Shown here piece after piece: positions 40,408 through 49,674 of a stretch of DNA of 64,000 nt. The notes beneath the pieces were generated by a model. That model saw only the letters and a list, made by a program, of their open reading frames with translations, did not search any database and was not told where the DNA came from. The stretch covers positions 52,906-116,905 of the forward strand of contig JANOEP010000039.1 of NCBI GenBank assembly GCA_031441465.1, given 5' to 3'. The translations under genes and the position numbers were made by a program. This stretch comes from a bacterium. GTDB taxonomy: Bacteria; Krumholzibacteriota; Krumholzibacteriia; LZORAL124-64-63. How positions within the stretch are numbered: position 1 is the first letter of the stretch; each line of letters opens with the position of its first letter.

Positions 40408-40797
40408 ATGGTCGAATTCGAGATCCGCACCGGCGCGCGCAGCTCCTTTGTCGATATTACGACTCAGGTTCAACACGCCGTGGACGAAATAGGGCTGGAA
40501 GAGGGGGCGGTCCTGGTCTGGGCGCCCCACACCACTGCGGGGGTCACGGTCAATGAAGGCGCCGATCCCGACGTGGTCCGTGATATGATCGACGCCCTGG
40601 ACCGAGCCGTGCCCTGGGACGCCGGCTGGCGTCACGCCGAGGGCAACGCGGCGGCCCACGTCAAGAGCAGCCTGGTGGGCTGCGGCCAGCTGGTGCCGGT
40701 CGCCGGCGGCAGGCTGGGGCTGGGCGTCTGGCAGGCGGTCTGGTTCTGCGAATTCGACGGCCCGCGCCGACGCAGCGTGCGGGTGCACGCCGTCTGA
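40408..40797 (+). CDS. yjbQ: YjbQ / UPF0047 family protein
   Basis: HTTAGVTVNE, H.EGN..AHVK, LGVWQ and EFDGPR. Confidence 0.92.
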   Translation: MVEFEIRTGARSSFVDITTQVQHAVDEIGLEEGAVLVWAPHTTAGVTVNEGADPDVVRDMIDALDRAVPWDAGWRHAEGNAAAHVKSSLVGCGQLVPVAGGRLGLGVWQAVWFCEFDGPRRRSVRVHAV

Positions 40798-40823
40798 CCG
40801 CCGCAACCGGGAAAGCGCACCCT

Positions 40824-41597
40824 TTGAAGGATCGCATCCACTTCCATCGCGCCTACAAGCGGCTCGGGCCGGTGAACCGGCTGTCGCTGGCCGCGTTGCT
40901 GTTGCTGGTGCTCGCCCTCGACGCGGCGATCGCCTGGTTCCACGCCCCCCTGCTGGACGCCTTCGTCACCCGCGTGGCGGCGCTGGCGGCGTGGGTGGGG
41001 GTGCGGACCGACCTCACGCACTGGGAGTTCCTGCCGGTGTGGGTCACGCGCATGCCGGTCCTGGACGCGGTGGGCGCCTTCCCCTCGCGCCGGCTGGCCC
41101 TGATCACCTTCATCGCCTCGGTGTTGATCGTGGTGGTGCTGCCGCGCCTGCGCTTCGTGCCCAAGGTGCTGCGCGTCTACGCGGTGTTCCTGTCCCTGTT
41201 GAACCTGATCTCCGGCGCGTTCTTCGTGCTGGTGCCGCACCTGTTCCCCTACGACGTGCTCGACTTCTCGCTGCTGTACATGGGCACCCAGTTCGGCATG
41301 TGGCTGCTGATGCCCGTGGTGATGGGGGTCGCGCTCTCGCCGCTGCAGACCCCGGTCTGGGAGCGTTTCGCGGTGATCCTGGCGACGCTGGGCTACGCCA
41401 TCCTGTTCGGCGCCGTGCGCTACGCCTGCTTCCTGTACCTGCTGCAGAAGCTGACGGTGCTGCACATGGCGGCCATGTTCTTCGCCCTGGGTCCGCTGAT
41501 CGACTTCGTCTACCTGGTGGCGATCTATTCCGTGTACATGAACGTCGTGGCCCTGCGGCTGCGCGAACGGCCGGAGACGTGGCGATGGTCGTTCTGA
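40824..41597 (+). CDS. Multi-pass membrane protein, first gene of a polysaccharide operon
   Basis: About 6-7 hydrophobic segments; TTG start; overlaps the GT2 gene. Confidence 0.75.
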   Translation: MKDRIHFHRAYKRLGPVNRLSLAALLLLVLALDAAIAWFHAPLLDAFVTRVAALAAWVGVRTDLTHWEFLPVWVTRMPVLDAVGAFPSRRLALITFIASVLIVVVLPRLRFVPKVLRVYAVFLSLLNLISGAFFVLVPHLFPYDVLDFSLLYMGTQFGMWLLMPVVMGVALSPLQTPVWERFAVILATLGYAILFGAVRYACFLYLLQKLTVLHMAAMFFALGPLIDFVYLVAIYSVYMNVVALRLRERPETWRWSF

Positions 41598-42847
41598 TCC
41601 TCAAGCTGTACGTGCTGCTGGTGGTGCTGATCATGGCGATCTACGCCACGCGGCACTACCGGTTCACGGTCAACCGGCTCGTCGGGGAACAGCGGCTGTA
41701 CTACCAGGACCTGATCGACTCGGAGCTGCCGCGCATCTCCGTGCTGGTGCCGATGCACGACGAGGAAAAGGTCGCCAGGCAGTCGCTCGAGGCGATCCTG
41801 CGCTGCGAGTACCCGCGCGAGCTGCTCGAGATCATCCCCATCAACGACCACTCCACCGACCGCACCGCGGCGATCCTCGACGAGATGGCCGCCGGGCACG
41901 ACGTGATCAAGCCGCTGCACCGCCACGAAGGCCAGCGCGGCAAGCCCGCCGCCCTGAACGACGCGCTGCTGGTGGCGTTCGCCGACGTGATCATCGTCTT
42001 CGACGCCGACTACCTGCCCGCCCGCGGCTCGCTGCGCGACCTCGCGATCTCGTTCAAGGATCCCGAGGTGGGGGCGGTCATGGGGCGCGTGGTGCCGGTC
42101 AACACGCGCGCGAACCTGCTGACGCGACTGCTCGACCTCGAGCGCAGCGGCGGCTACCAGGTGGACCAGCAGGCACGCCACAACCTGCACCTGATGCCCC
42201 AGTACGGCGGCACCGTCGGCGGTTTCCGGCGCGACCTGGCGCTCTCGTTCGGCGGCTTCGACCAGCGCGTGCTGGCCGAGGACACCGACCTGACCTACCG
42301 CCTGTTCATCAACGGCTGGAAGGTGGTCTACGCCAACCGTGTGGAGTGCTTCGAGGAGGTGCCCGAGACCTGGGAGGTGCGCTCGCGCCAGATCCGTCGC
42401 TGGTCGCGCGGCCACAACTACGTCATGTTCAAGCACTTCGGCGGGTTGCTGCGCTCGCCCTACCTGACGCGCGCCGAGAAGCTGGACGGTCTGCTGCTGC
42501 TGACGATCTACCTGGTGCCGGTCTTCCTGCTGACCGGCATCCTCGACTCGGTGGCGCTGTTCTTCCTGGGCGAGATGCAGATCATCGACAGCGTGCTGGT
42601 CTTCCTGTTCGTGGCGACCTACAACTCCTTCGGCAACTTCGCGCCCTTCTACCAGATCGGCACCGCGTCGCTGCTCGACGGCGTCACCCACCGCATCCGC
42701 CTGCTGCCCTTCCTGATGTTCTACTTCCTGATGAACATCTGGACGATCACGCACGGGTTCTTCCAGGCCCTCGGCGACCGTTTCTGGCGCCGCAAGCGCG
42801 CCGAGTGGGACAAAACCAAGCGCTTCCGCAAGGAGGCGCCGGTATGA
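41585..42847 (+). CDS. Processive GT2 glycosyltransferase (IcaA/PgaC/CesA-like)
   Basis: NDHSTD, GKPAALN, FDADY, AEDTD and QIRRW motifs with flanking TM helices. Confidence 0.92.
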   Translation: MVVLILKLYVLLVVLIMAIYATRHYRFTVNRLVGEQRLYYQDLIDSELPRISVLVPMHDEEKVARQSLEAILRCEYPRELLEIIPINDHSTDRTAAILDEMAAGHDVIKPLHRHEGQRGKPAALNDALLVAFADVIIVFDADYLPARGSLRDLAISFKDPEVGAVMGRVVPVNTRANLLTRLLDLERSGGYQVDQQARHNLHLMPQYGGTVGGFRRDLALSFGGFDQRVLAEDTDLTYRLFINGWKVVYANRVECFEEVPETWEVRSRQIRRWSRGHNYVMFKHFGGLLRSPYLTRAEKLDGLLLLTIYLVPVFLLTGILDSVALFFLGEMQIIDSVLVFLFVATYNSFGNFAPFYQIGTASLLDGVTHRIRLLPFLMFYFLMNIWTITHGFFQALGDRFWRRKRAEWDKTKRFRKEAPV

Positions 42848-43977
42848 AGCGACGCCTGGCCGGCCTGGCGCTGCTGCCCGCGACCGCCGTCACGGCGGGG
42901 GCCGCCACCCACACGTTGTCCGTCGAAGCCGCGCTGCTGCTCGTCGCCTTCGGCCTGCTGATCGTGTTGCCCTTCGTGCCGGGCCTGATCGAGGTCTGGC
43001 GTCCGCGCGATCGCTACCCGCTGCCCGTGGACATGAACTACACCAAGGACCCGCGCTACCTGGGCCGCTCGGCCCGCGCGCTGCTGGCCGCCGCCCTCCG
43101 CGACGACCAGGGCCCGCCCGGCCGTCGCACGGTGACCCTCTCGAAGGTCGAGGCGGTCGAGGTCCACGACCGGCTGGACGTCTCGGCGGGCGCCAACCTG
43201 ACCGCGATCCAGCTGGCCCGCGGCGCGATGGTCGTCGGGGACCGCGCGACCTGCGACCGCGACATCTACGCCCGCGCCGGCGCCCGCATCGGCGAGGGCG
43301 CCGTGCTGCGCTCGCTGGCCTGCGACGGGCGCGCGGCGCTCGGCCGCGGCGTGACCATCGCCCGCTGGCTCGACGTCGAAGGCGACGCCCACGTCGGTCC
43401 GCAGTCGGACCTGGGCGCCAGCGCGGCGGCCGCGGGTTTCCTGGAACTGGCCGACGGCGTGACGTTTGAGCGCCTGTGGGGCTCCCCCGTGCGCACGACG
43501 GGTTACCTCGGACCGCGGGAGCTGCCGGCGGCCCCGGCGCCGTTCGCGTTGCCCGACGTGCTGGAGATCCGCGACATCGAAGACCTGGCGAGCCTGCACC
43601 GGGGCGACTTGGTCGTCGGACCCGGCGAGACCTTCGACCGCCCCCTGGTGGTCAAGGGCGACCTGCGGATCGAAACCGACGCGGTCGTCGACCGCACGGT
43701 CAAGGTGTACGGCGACCTGACCCTGGAGCCCGGGGCGCGGCTGCTCGGCGACGCCTTCGTCGAGGGCGCGGTGATCGTGGGCGAGGGGGCGGCCGTGCGC
43801 GGCTGCGTCTTCTCGCAGGACTCCGTGGAGTTGAGGCGCGGCGCGCGCGTGGGCACGCCGGGCCTGGTCAAGACGGTCGTCGGCAAGCACAGCGTGACGC
43901 TGGCCGGCGACGTCGCCGTCCACGGGTACGTGCTGACCGACGGCCGGGGAAGCGTGCGATGCCGCGGCTCGGACTGA
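42844..43977 (+). CDS. Membrane-anchored beta-helix (bactofilin/LbH-like) repeat protein
   Basis: Hydrophobic N-terminus, then repeats such as VVKGDLRIE, VKVYGDLTLE and FVEGAVIVGEGA. Confidence 0.65.
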   Translation: MKRRLAGLALLPATAVTAGAATHTLSVEAALLLVAFGLLIVLPFVPGLIEVWRPRDRYPLPVDMNYTKDPRYLGRSARALLAAALRDDQGPPGRRTVTLSKVEAVEVHDRLDVSAGANLTAIQLARGAMVVGDRATCDRDIYARAGARIGEGAVLRSLACDGRAALGRGVTIARWLDVEGDAHVGPQSDLGASAAAAGFLELADGVTFERLWGSPVRTTGYLGPRELPAAPAPFALPDVLEIRDIEDLASLHRGDLVVGPGETFDRPLVVKGDLRIETDAVVDRTVKVYGDLTLEPGARLLGDAFVEGAVIVGEGAAVRGCVFSQDSVELRRGARVGTPGLVKTVVGKHSVTLAGDVAVHGYVLTDGRGSVRCRGSD

Positions 43978-45809
43978 TCCTGGCCCTGATCGCCTGCGTC
44001 GCCGTGGCGGTCTACGGCGTGGGAGTCCTGCGCCACGTCGGGCACGAGGCCGAGCGCGGCGATCTGCGCGTGCTGGTGGGATTCAACCCCTCGCTCATGG
44101 ACGAGAGCGGCGACGTCGTCGCGGCCTGGCGCAGCGTGCTGGAAGAGGAGGGCGTCCCCGCCGAAGCCCTCGACCTGTACACCCTGCTGGACCTCGACCC
44201 CGCGGCGACCGTGGCCGCCTGCCCCGCGCTGATCCTGCCCGACGGCGTCTGCCGCCGCCTGAACTCCTCGCTCGAACCATGGCTGGACGCCTACCTGCGC
44301 GCCGGCGGTTCGCTGATGGTCGTCTACGACGCGGGCATCAAGAGCCTCAAGGGCGCCTACCTGCCGCGCAGCTACCTGGCGCGGTTCACGGGCGTCCAGC
44401 ACGTGGACTACACCGACGGCGGCCAGGACAGCTACACCACCGGCACGCTGCGCTTCGCCGACGAGGACGCCGCCCGCACCTGCCAGATCCCGCCCGGCAA
44501 GCTGGACCCCGACCTCACCCTGACCGGCTACAGCTACGGGCGCCTGCGCTACCCCGTCGCCCGGACGCGGCTCGAGGCCGACGACGTGCGCGTGCTGGCC
44601 TGGACCGTCACCGACGACGGCCGCGAGCAGCCGGCGATCGTCGCGCGCGCGTACGGGGCCGGCCGCTGCCTGCACGTGAATCTGCCGCTGGGTCACCTGA
44701 AGTCGCACGCCGACGACCTGCCGCTGCGCGCGATCGCGCGCTGGTGGCTGCTCGAAGAGGTGGGCCTGCCCTGCCTGATGAACACGCCGCGCGGCGTCGG
44801 CGGTCTGGTGCTGAACTGGCACGTCGACGGCAACGGCGACTGGCCTTTCCTGGACGACATGGTCGCCCGCGGCCTCTTCCGCCGCGACCTGCCCGCCTCG
44901 ATCCACGTCTGCGCCGGACCCGACCTGAACGCGCCGGGCGACGGCGACGGTTTCGACGCCTGCGGGCGGGGGCGTCGCCAGCTCGAAGCCCTGGCCGGCC
45001 TGGGCGAGATCGGCTCGCACGGCGGCTGGACCCACAACCTCTTCTCCGCGGAAGTGCTGGCCGGACGCTGGGGCGCGACCGAGGCGCGCGAGGCCGTGCG
45101 CCGCAACCGCGACTGCCTGCGCGAGGTCGTCGGCCGGCCCGTCGCGGAATACTCCGCGCCCGACGGCGTGCACCCGCCGCACCTGATGACGCCGCTGCTC
45201 GAGGAGCTGGGCTTCACCTGCTACTACACCACCAGCGACGTCGGCAGCGCGCCCAACCGCAGCTTCAGCGACGGGCGGCGGCTGTCGGACCTGCTGATCG
45301 CGTTCCCGGTCATGCCCCTGCGCGACGTGGCGAGCTTCGGTGAAATGGACACCAAGCTGCGCCTGCCGACCGGAGAGGTGGCGTCCTGGCTGGACGGGAT
45401 GCTGGACTACTGCGAACGCAACCGCGCGGTGCGCCTGATGTACTCGCACCCCTACAACCTCTACCTCTACCACGGCGACCAGGACTACCTGCCCGCCTAC
45501 GCCGCCTGGCTGGACGAGCTGGCGGCGCGATGCCGCGACGGGCGCCTCCAGGTGCGGCCGATGCGCGAGTTCGCCGCCTTCCAGCTGCGGATGCTGCAGA
45601 CCGCCGCGACCTGGCGGGTCGGCGACGGCGAACTGCGGCTTCATCTGCGCAACCCGCAGACCCTGCGCGACCTGGCCTTCAGCGTGCCGGCGGCCCGCTG
45701 GCGCGCTCCGGAAGCGCCGGGCCTGCGCGCCACGACCGGCGGCGGTCGCCACGTGGTGGTGATCGAGGACGATGCGCGCGAGATGGATGTGGTGCTGCAT
45801 GCTCGCTAG
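43959..45809 (+). CDS. Periplasmic polysaccharide deacetylase (CE4/NodB-like) with N-terminal glutamine amidotransferase-like domain
   Basis: N-terminal TM; HVD, IGSHGGWTH, YSAPDG and YSHP motifs. Confidence 0.75.
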   Translation: MPRLGLILALIACVAVAVYGVGVLRHVGHEAERGDLRVLVGFNPSLMDESGDVVAAWRSVLEEEGVPAEALDLYTLLDLDPAATVAACPALILPDGVCRRLNSSLEPWLDAYLRAGGSLMVVYDAGIKSLKGAYLPRSYLARFTGVQHVDYTDGGQDSYTTGTLRFADEDAARTCQIPPGKLDPDLTLTGYSYGRLRYPVARTRLEADDVRVLAWTVTDDGREQPAIVARAYGAGRCLHVNLPLGHLKSHADDLPLRAIARWWLLEEVGLPCLMNTPRGVGGLVLNWHVDGNGDWPFLDDMVARGLFRRDLPASIHVCAGPDLNAPGDGDGFDACGRGRRQLEALAGLGEIGSHGGWTHNLFSAEVLAGRWGATEAREAVRRNRDCLREVVGRPVAEYSAPDGVHPPHLMTPLLEELGFTCYYTTSDVGSAPNRSFSDGRRLSDLLIAFPVMPLRDVASFGEMDTKLRLPTGEVASWLDGMLDYCERNRAVRLMYSHPYNLYLYHGDQDYLPAYAAWLDELAARCRDGRLQVRPMREFAAFQLRMLQTAATWRVGDGELRLHLRNPQTLRDLAFSVPAARWRAPEAPGLRATTGGGRHVVVIEDDAREMDVVLHAR

Positions 45810-46668
45810 CACGGGGATCCTCGCCCTGTCCGGCGGCTGCGCCGGCCACCGCAGCCCGGCGCTGGCGGTCGTGAACTGGTTCGAGCCCCTCGACGGCGGG
45901 CGCGACCGCGTGAACCCGTACTTCACGAACCTCTACGCCCTGTCGCTGGTGCGCCACCGGCTCGGGAGCGGCGAGGTGCACGACTACGTGGCCTGGTACC
46001 TCGACCACCTGAACTACCCGGACCGCCACGGCCTGACCGGCACCATCGACGACATGGACGTGCGGCCGGGCGGCCGCCTCGAGCGGACCGGCAGCTACGA
46101 CTCGGTCGACGGCTATGCCGGCACGTTCCTGCTGCTGCTCGACGAGTGGGAACAGTCCGGCGGGGACCGCGCCCTGCTGGAGGCGAACCGCTCACGCATC
46201 CAGGACGTCGCCTGGCTGCTTCTGCGCCTGCAGGATCCCGACGGGCTGGTGCGCGCGCTGCCGGATGCGAACGCGCGCTACCTGATGGACAACTGCGAGG
46301 CCTACGCCGGGCTGCTGGCCTTCGACGCCCTCAGCCGGCGCCTGGGCTGGGACCAGGGCCCGCGCCACCGGACCGCGGCCGAAGACATCCGCAAGGCCGT
46401 GCTGAGCCGTCTGTCCGACGAGCCGGGCCGGCGCTTCCACTGGGCGGACGCCGGCGGCGTGCCGCACCGGTCCGACTGGGACGTGTTCTATCCGGATGCG
46501 CTGGCCCAGCTGTTCCCGATCCTGTACGGTGTGGTGGACGCCCGCTCGGATCTGGCGCAGCACCTGTGGCGGGAATTCGAGCAGCGCTACGACCCGCGCG
46601 CGGGGCAGCCGGTCTCGGCGGTCCAGCGCGCGATCATCGACCTGACCAGGGAGCGAGTGACGCCGTGA
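45772..46668 (+). CDS. Lipoprotein, putative (alpha/alpha)-barrel glycoside hydrolase-like
   Basis: Lipobox LSGGC; DSVDGYAG.FL, LQDPDGL, YLMDNCE and FYPDA.AQLFP. Start codon uncertain. Confidence 0.55.
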   Translation: MRARWMWCCMLASTGILALSGGCAGHRSPALAVVNWFEPLDGGRDRVNPYFTNLYALSLVRHRLGSGEVHDYVAWYLDHLNYPDRHGLTGTIDDMDVRPGGRLERTGSYDSVDGYAGTFLLLLDEWEQSGGDRALLEANRSRIQDVAWLLLRLQDPDGLVRALPDANARYLMDNCEAYAGLLAFDALSRRLGWDQGPRHRTAAEDIRKAVLSRLSDEPGRRFHWADAGGVPHRSDWDVFYPDALAQLFPILYGVVDARSDLAQHLWREFEQRYDPRAGQPVSAVQRAIIDLTRERVTP

Positions 46669-47501
46669 CCCACAAGACACTGCGATCCGTCCTGCTGGCC
46701 GCCGGATTGACGGCGCTGTCGCTGACCGGGGCCGCGGGCGCGGACGCCGCCGGCGGCGCCGAGGAATGGGCCCGCCTGCGCGGCGCCCCGGGCTACCGCC
46801 TGGACGTCGACCTGCAGCTGGACCGCCTCAGCCCGCAGGACCTCTACGGGAACTGGGCGACCGGCACGGCCACCCTCTACGTGAAGACCCTGCCGCGCCT
46901 GACGCCGTTCGTTCAGGTCTCCGTGCTGGAGCGCGAGGACGTCGACGCGGGCTTCTCCGTCGGCGCCTACGCCGACTGGACCAGCCGCCTGTACTCGTCC
47001 ACCTCGTTCACCGCCGGCGGCCGTTCGCACTACCTGCAGAAGAACCGCTGGGACCACGCCTTCTACCTCAACACCGGTCCGGTCACCCTGGTCGGCGGCG
47101 CCGGCTGGATGCAGGACCACGACGGCCACGAGGACTGGTCGCTCGCCTTCGGTCCCCGGCTGTGGCGCGGCCGCCTGATCCTCGAGTACCTCGCGACCCG
47201 CACGGTCAGCGACCCGGGCGAACACGTCGGCTGGAAACACAGGGTGTCCGGCGGTTGGGGGGAGGAGGGCCGCAGCTGGCTCTTCGCCAACCTCACGCTC
47301 GGCCAGGAGCGTTACGCCGCCACCTGGGTGACCCCGGTCCAGGACGTGGACCACGACTTCTACGAGGTCACGGCGAGCCTGCAGCGCTGGGTGCGGCCGC
47401 GCCTGGGCTACAAGCTGCAGGCGGGCTGGCTGGACCTGGGCGAGGGGTTGGACGGGTACGAGAAGATCGGCGTCGGCGTCGGTGGGTTCGTCGAGTTCTG
47501 A
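46665..47501 (+). CDS. Outer-membrane beta-barrel protein (YaiO-like)
   Basis: Signal peptide, alternating amphipathic strands rich in W/Y/G, C-terminal VGGFVEF beta-signal. Confidence 0.75.
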   Translation: MTHKTLRSVLLAAGLTALSLTGAAGADAAGGAEEWARLRGAPGYRLDVDLQLDRLSPQDLYGNWATGTATLYVKTLPRLTPFVQVSVLEREDVDAGFSVGAYADWTSRLYSSTSFTAGGRSHYLQKNRWDHAFYLNTGPVTLVGGAGWMQDHDGHEDWSLAFGPRLWRGRLILEYLATRTVSDPGEHVGWKHRVSGGWGEEGRSWLFANLTLGQERYAATWVTPVQDVDHDFYEVTASLQRWVRPRLGYKLQAGWLDLGEGLDGYEKIGVGVGGFVEF

Positions 47502-47522
47502 GTTGTGCCGCTGAAATTGTGT

Positions 47523-47560
47523 CCGGCCGCGCCATAGATAGGCGCGGCCGGCTTTCGTTT
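47523..47560 (+). terminator. Intrinsic terminator inside the IS left end
   Basis: CCGGCCGCGCC-ATAGATA-GGCGCGGCCGG followed by CTTTCGTTT. Confidence 0.65.
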
Positions 47561-47567
47561 CATCACC

Positions 47568-48668
47568 TCACATCGCGTAGCTCAGCTCATGCCGCCGCTG
47601 CCGCGGCAACACCCGCGTGCTGACCGTGCGCCAGTAGTACTCAGCCCAACGCGCCGGTAACCGGCTTCGGCTGAAGAACAACCGCCGCTCCAGCAGATCC
47701 CGCACCTCAAGCCGCCTGTCGAGCATCCCGCGCGCCTGCGCCGGCGTCGGGCTGCCGCGCTGCTTCTCCCGCCTGCCCTTCATGTAGTTCCTCCACACTA
47801 GGAACACCACCAACCGCTCCGCACTCGACTGCCGACGCTTCGACCACGCGATCGTCTCGCGCTTGTGGTTCGCGCTGCTGTGGCGGATCAACAGGTCCGC
47901 CAAGTTGATCGGGAACAACTGATTGCCTGCGTCACGCCGTTCCAGGCTCGAGGTAACAAGGTGGGCCACCTCGCACGGAAGGCCTCGCAGGACTCGCGGG
48001 TAGACCTTGTGGTCATCGCTGAAGATCGTGACCCGGCCCTGCCCACCAGTGACCACCTCCAGCAGATGCTTCACGTCCTTGAACACGGCCTTGGGGTCCG
48101 GCCGGCCATGGCGGGCTTCCAGTCGCGCACGCTTGCGCTTCTGGACCTCGGTCATGGTGCCGCTGCGGCGCACCTCGCTGTCGGTGAAGTAGACCAGGAA
48201 GTCGGTGTCCTTCTCCACGGCCAGGTGGTGGTGAAAGGGCCAGTACTGGGATTGCTCGAAGGTGACGAAGCCGTCGATGACGAACTGGTCGGCCGGCTTG
48301 GCGGTCCGCATGCGCTCTGCGTGGTAGAGCAGGCAGTGGCGGCCGAGTCTACCGAGTTGGCGGTCGATGGTCGAGGGAGCGACGCGTAGGTCCCTGGCGA
48401 TCTGTCGGTTGGCCATGCAGCCGGTGGTCTTGGTCAGCAGCTGTGGGAGGATGTCGGGGCGCTTGAGCCAGTAGGAAGTGGCAAAGGTCTGGGTGCTGAA
48501 GGATCGGCGGCAGTGAAGGCAGAGGAACCGCTGGATACGGTACGGGCTGAGGTGTCGCCGGTAGTAGCCGATGCGTTTGAAGCGCCAGCCTGGAGCCAAC
48601 TGCCTGTGGTGGAGGCAGTTGGGGTTGGGGCAGTGCGGGGGGACGAAGGAACTGTCGGTGGTGTGCAT
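47568..48668 (-). CDS. Transposase (Zn finger, HTH, RNase H-like catalytic domain)
   Basis: CPNPNC...QRFLCLHC, HTH NRQIARDLRVAPSTI, acidic motifs VIDGF and FSDD, and TPAQARG; very basic protein. Confidence 0.82.
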   Translation of the reverse strand: MHTTDSSFVPPHCPNPNCLHHRQLAPGWRFKRIGYYRRHLSPYRIQRFLCLHCRRSFSTQTFATSYWLKRPDILPQLLTKTTGCMANRQIARDLRVAPSTIDRQLGRLGRHCLLYHAERMRTAKPADQFVIDGFVTFEQSQYWPFHHHLAVEKDTDFLVYFTDSEVRRSGTMTEVQKRKRARLEARHGRPDPKAVFKDVKHLLEVVTGGQGRVTIFSDDHKVYPRVLRGLPCEVAHLVTSSLERRDAGNQLFPINLADLLIRHSSANHKRETIAWSKRRQSSAERLVVFLVWRNYMKGRREKQRGSPTPAQARGMLDRRLEVRDLLERRLFFSRSRLPARWAEYYWRTVSTRVLPRQRRHELSYAM

Positions 48669-48717
48669 GTCCGGCCCGTGGCATCAAGCGGGCCGGACAC
48701 ATTTTCGGCGGCACAAC

Positions 48718-49674
48718 TCAGGGGCCGGCATCCCACGCAGGGCCTGCCCGCAGGTGATTTTCCACGTAATAATCCAACAGCACGCGGACGAATCCGTGCT
48801 CGTCGTCGGGCACCAGCGGCCCGGCGTCGCGCAGCCAACCGTCGGCGCAGTCCGCGGCCGAGGAATCGGCGGCGGCGCGGTCCAGCAGGTTGCCGAACGC
48901 CGCGCGGTAGCGCGCGAAGTCGTCGCGACTCATCGCCGGCCCGTGTCCCGGCACCAGCACGGCGAAATCGACCTCGGCCAAGCGGGCCAGTACGGCTTGC
49001 CAGCGCCGGGGGCAGGCCGTGTCCAGCAGCGGCACGGGGAGGGTCACGAGGTCGCCCGCGATCAGCACGCCGGTGGCGGGATCGAACAGCCAGACGTCGC
49101 CGGCGGTGACGGCCCGCTCCTCGAGTCCCAGCACGAGTCGGCGGCCGGCGATCGTGCGCGCTCCGGACGCCGTCACGATCTCGTCGGGCGCCAAGGCGAC
49201 GCCCGCGTCCAGGATGGTCAGTTCGGCTCGCATCGTCGCCGCGGAGGCGGTGTCGCAATCCGTCCGCGCGAGCGCATCCTCGAGTTGCGCCCGGTAGTCC
49301 GCCAGGAAACCCGTCATCGCCCCGGCGAGCGCGCCGCTGGCCCAAACGCGCACGTCCGGGTAGGCGAGCCGCACCCGCGGGTTCCCCCCGATGTGATCGA
49401 GATGCCAGTGGGTGTTGACGATCGCGGCGACAGGCTCCCGCGCCGCGGCGGCGAAGTCGAGGATGGCTTGGGTGTGCCCGGCATGCCGGCCGGTGTCCAC
49501 CACGATCAGCCCTTCGGGCGCCTCGAGGATCACGGTATTGCCGTCGGGTTGGCTGCCGGGGACGAAGCCGCCGGGCAGCAGGTGGATCCCGTCGGCGATC
49601 TCGCCGGCGCAGCAGGAGGCGGCGGCCGCGCACAGCGTCAGCAGCGCGAGGCTTGTTCTCTTTCGTAGCATCAT
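48718..49674 (-). CDS. Secreted metallo-beta-lactamase fold hydrolase
   Basis: VDTG, NTHWHLDHIGGN, AGD and VPGHG; signal peptide. Confidence 0.9.
   Translation of the reverse strand: MMLRKRTSLALLTLCAAAASCCAGEIADGIHLLPGGFVPGSQPDGNTVILEAPEGLIVVDTGRHAGHTQAILDFAAAAREPVAAIVNTHWHLDHIGGNPRVRLAYPDVRVWASGALAGAMTGFLADYRAQLEDALARTDCDTASAATMRAELTILDAGVALAPDEIVTASGARTIAGRRLVLGLEERAVTAGDVWLFDPATGVLIAGDLVTLPVPLLDTACPRRWQAVLARLAEVDFAVLVPGHGPAMSRDDFARYRAAFGNLLDRAAADSSAADCADGWLRDAGPLVPDDEHGFVRVLLDYYVENHLRAGPAWDAGP

Larger units (their letters stand above)
47499..48720 (-). mobile_element. Insertion sequence, IS1/IS1595-like, about 1.22 kb
   Basis: 30-bp terminal inverted repeats TGAGTTGTGCCGCTGAAATTGTGTCCGGCC (47499-47528) and its reverse complement with 2 mismatches (48691-48720), enclosing one transposase-like ORF. 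No target duplication visible. Confidence 0.88.

Noticed and set aside
40824..41597. Exosortase-like enzyme that could process the C-terminal tail
   Set aside because: It has Arg and His in TM context but no suitably placed upstream catalytic Cys, and its operon context points to polysaccharide synthesis.
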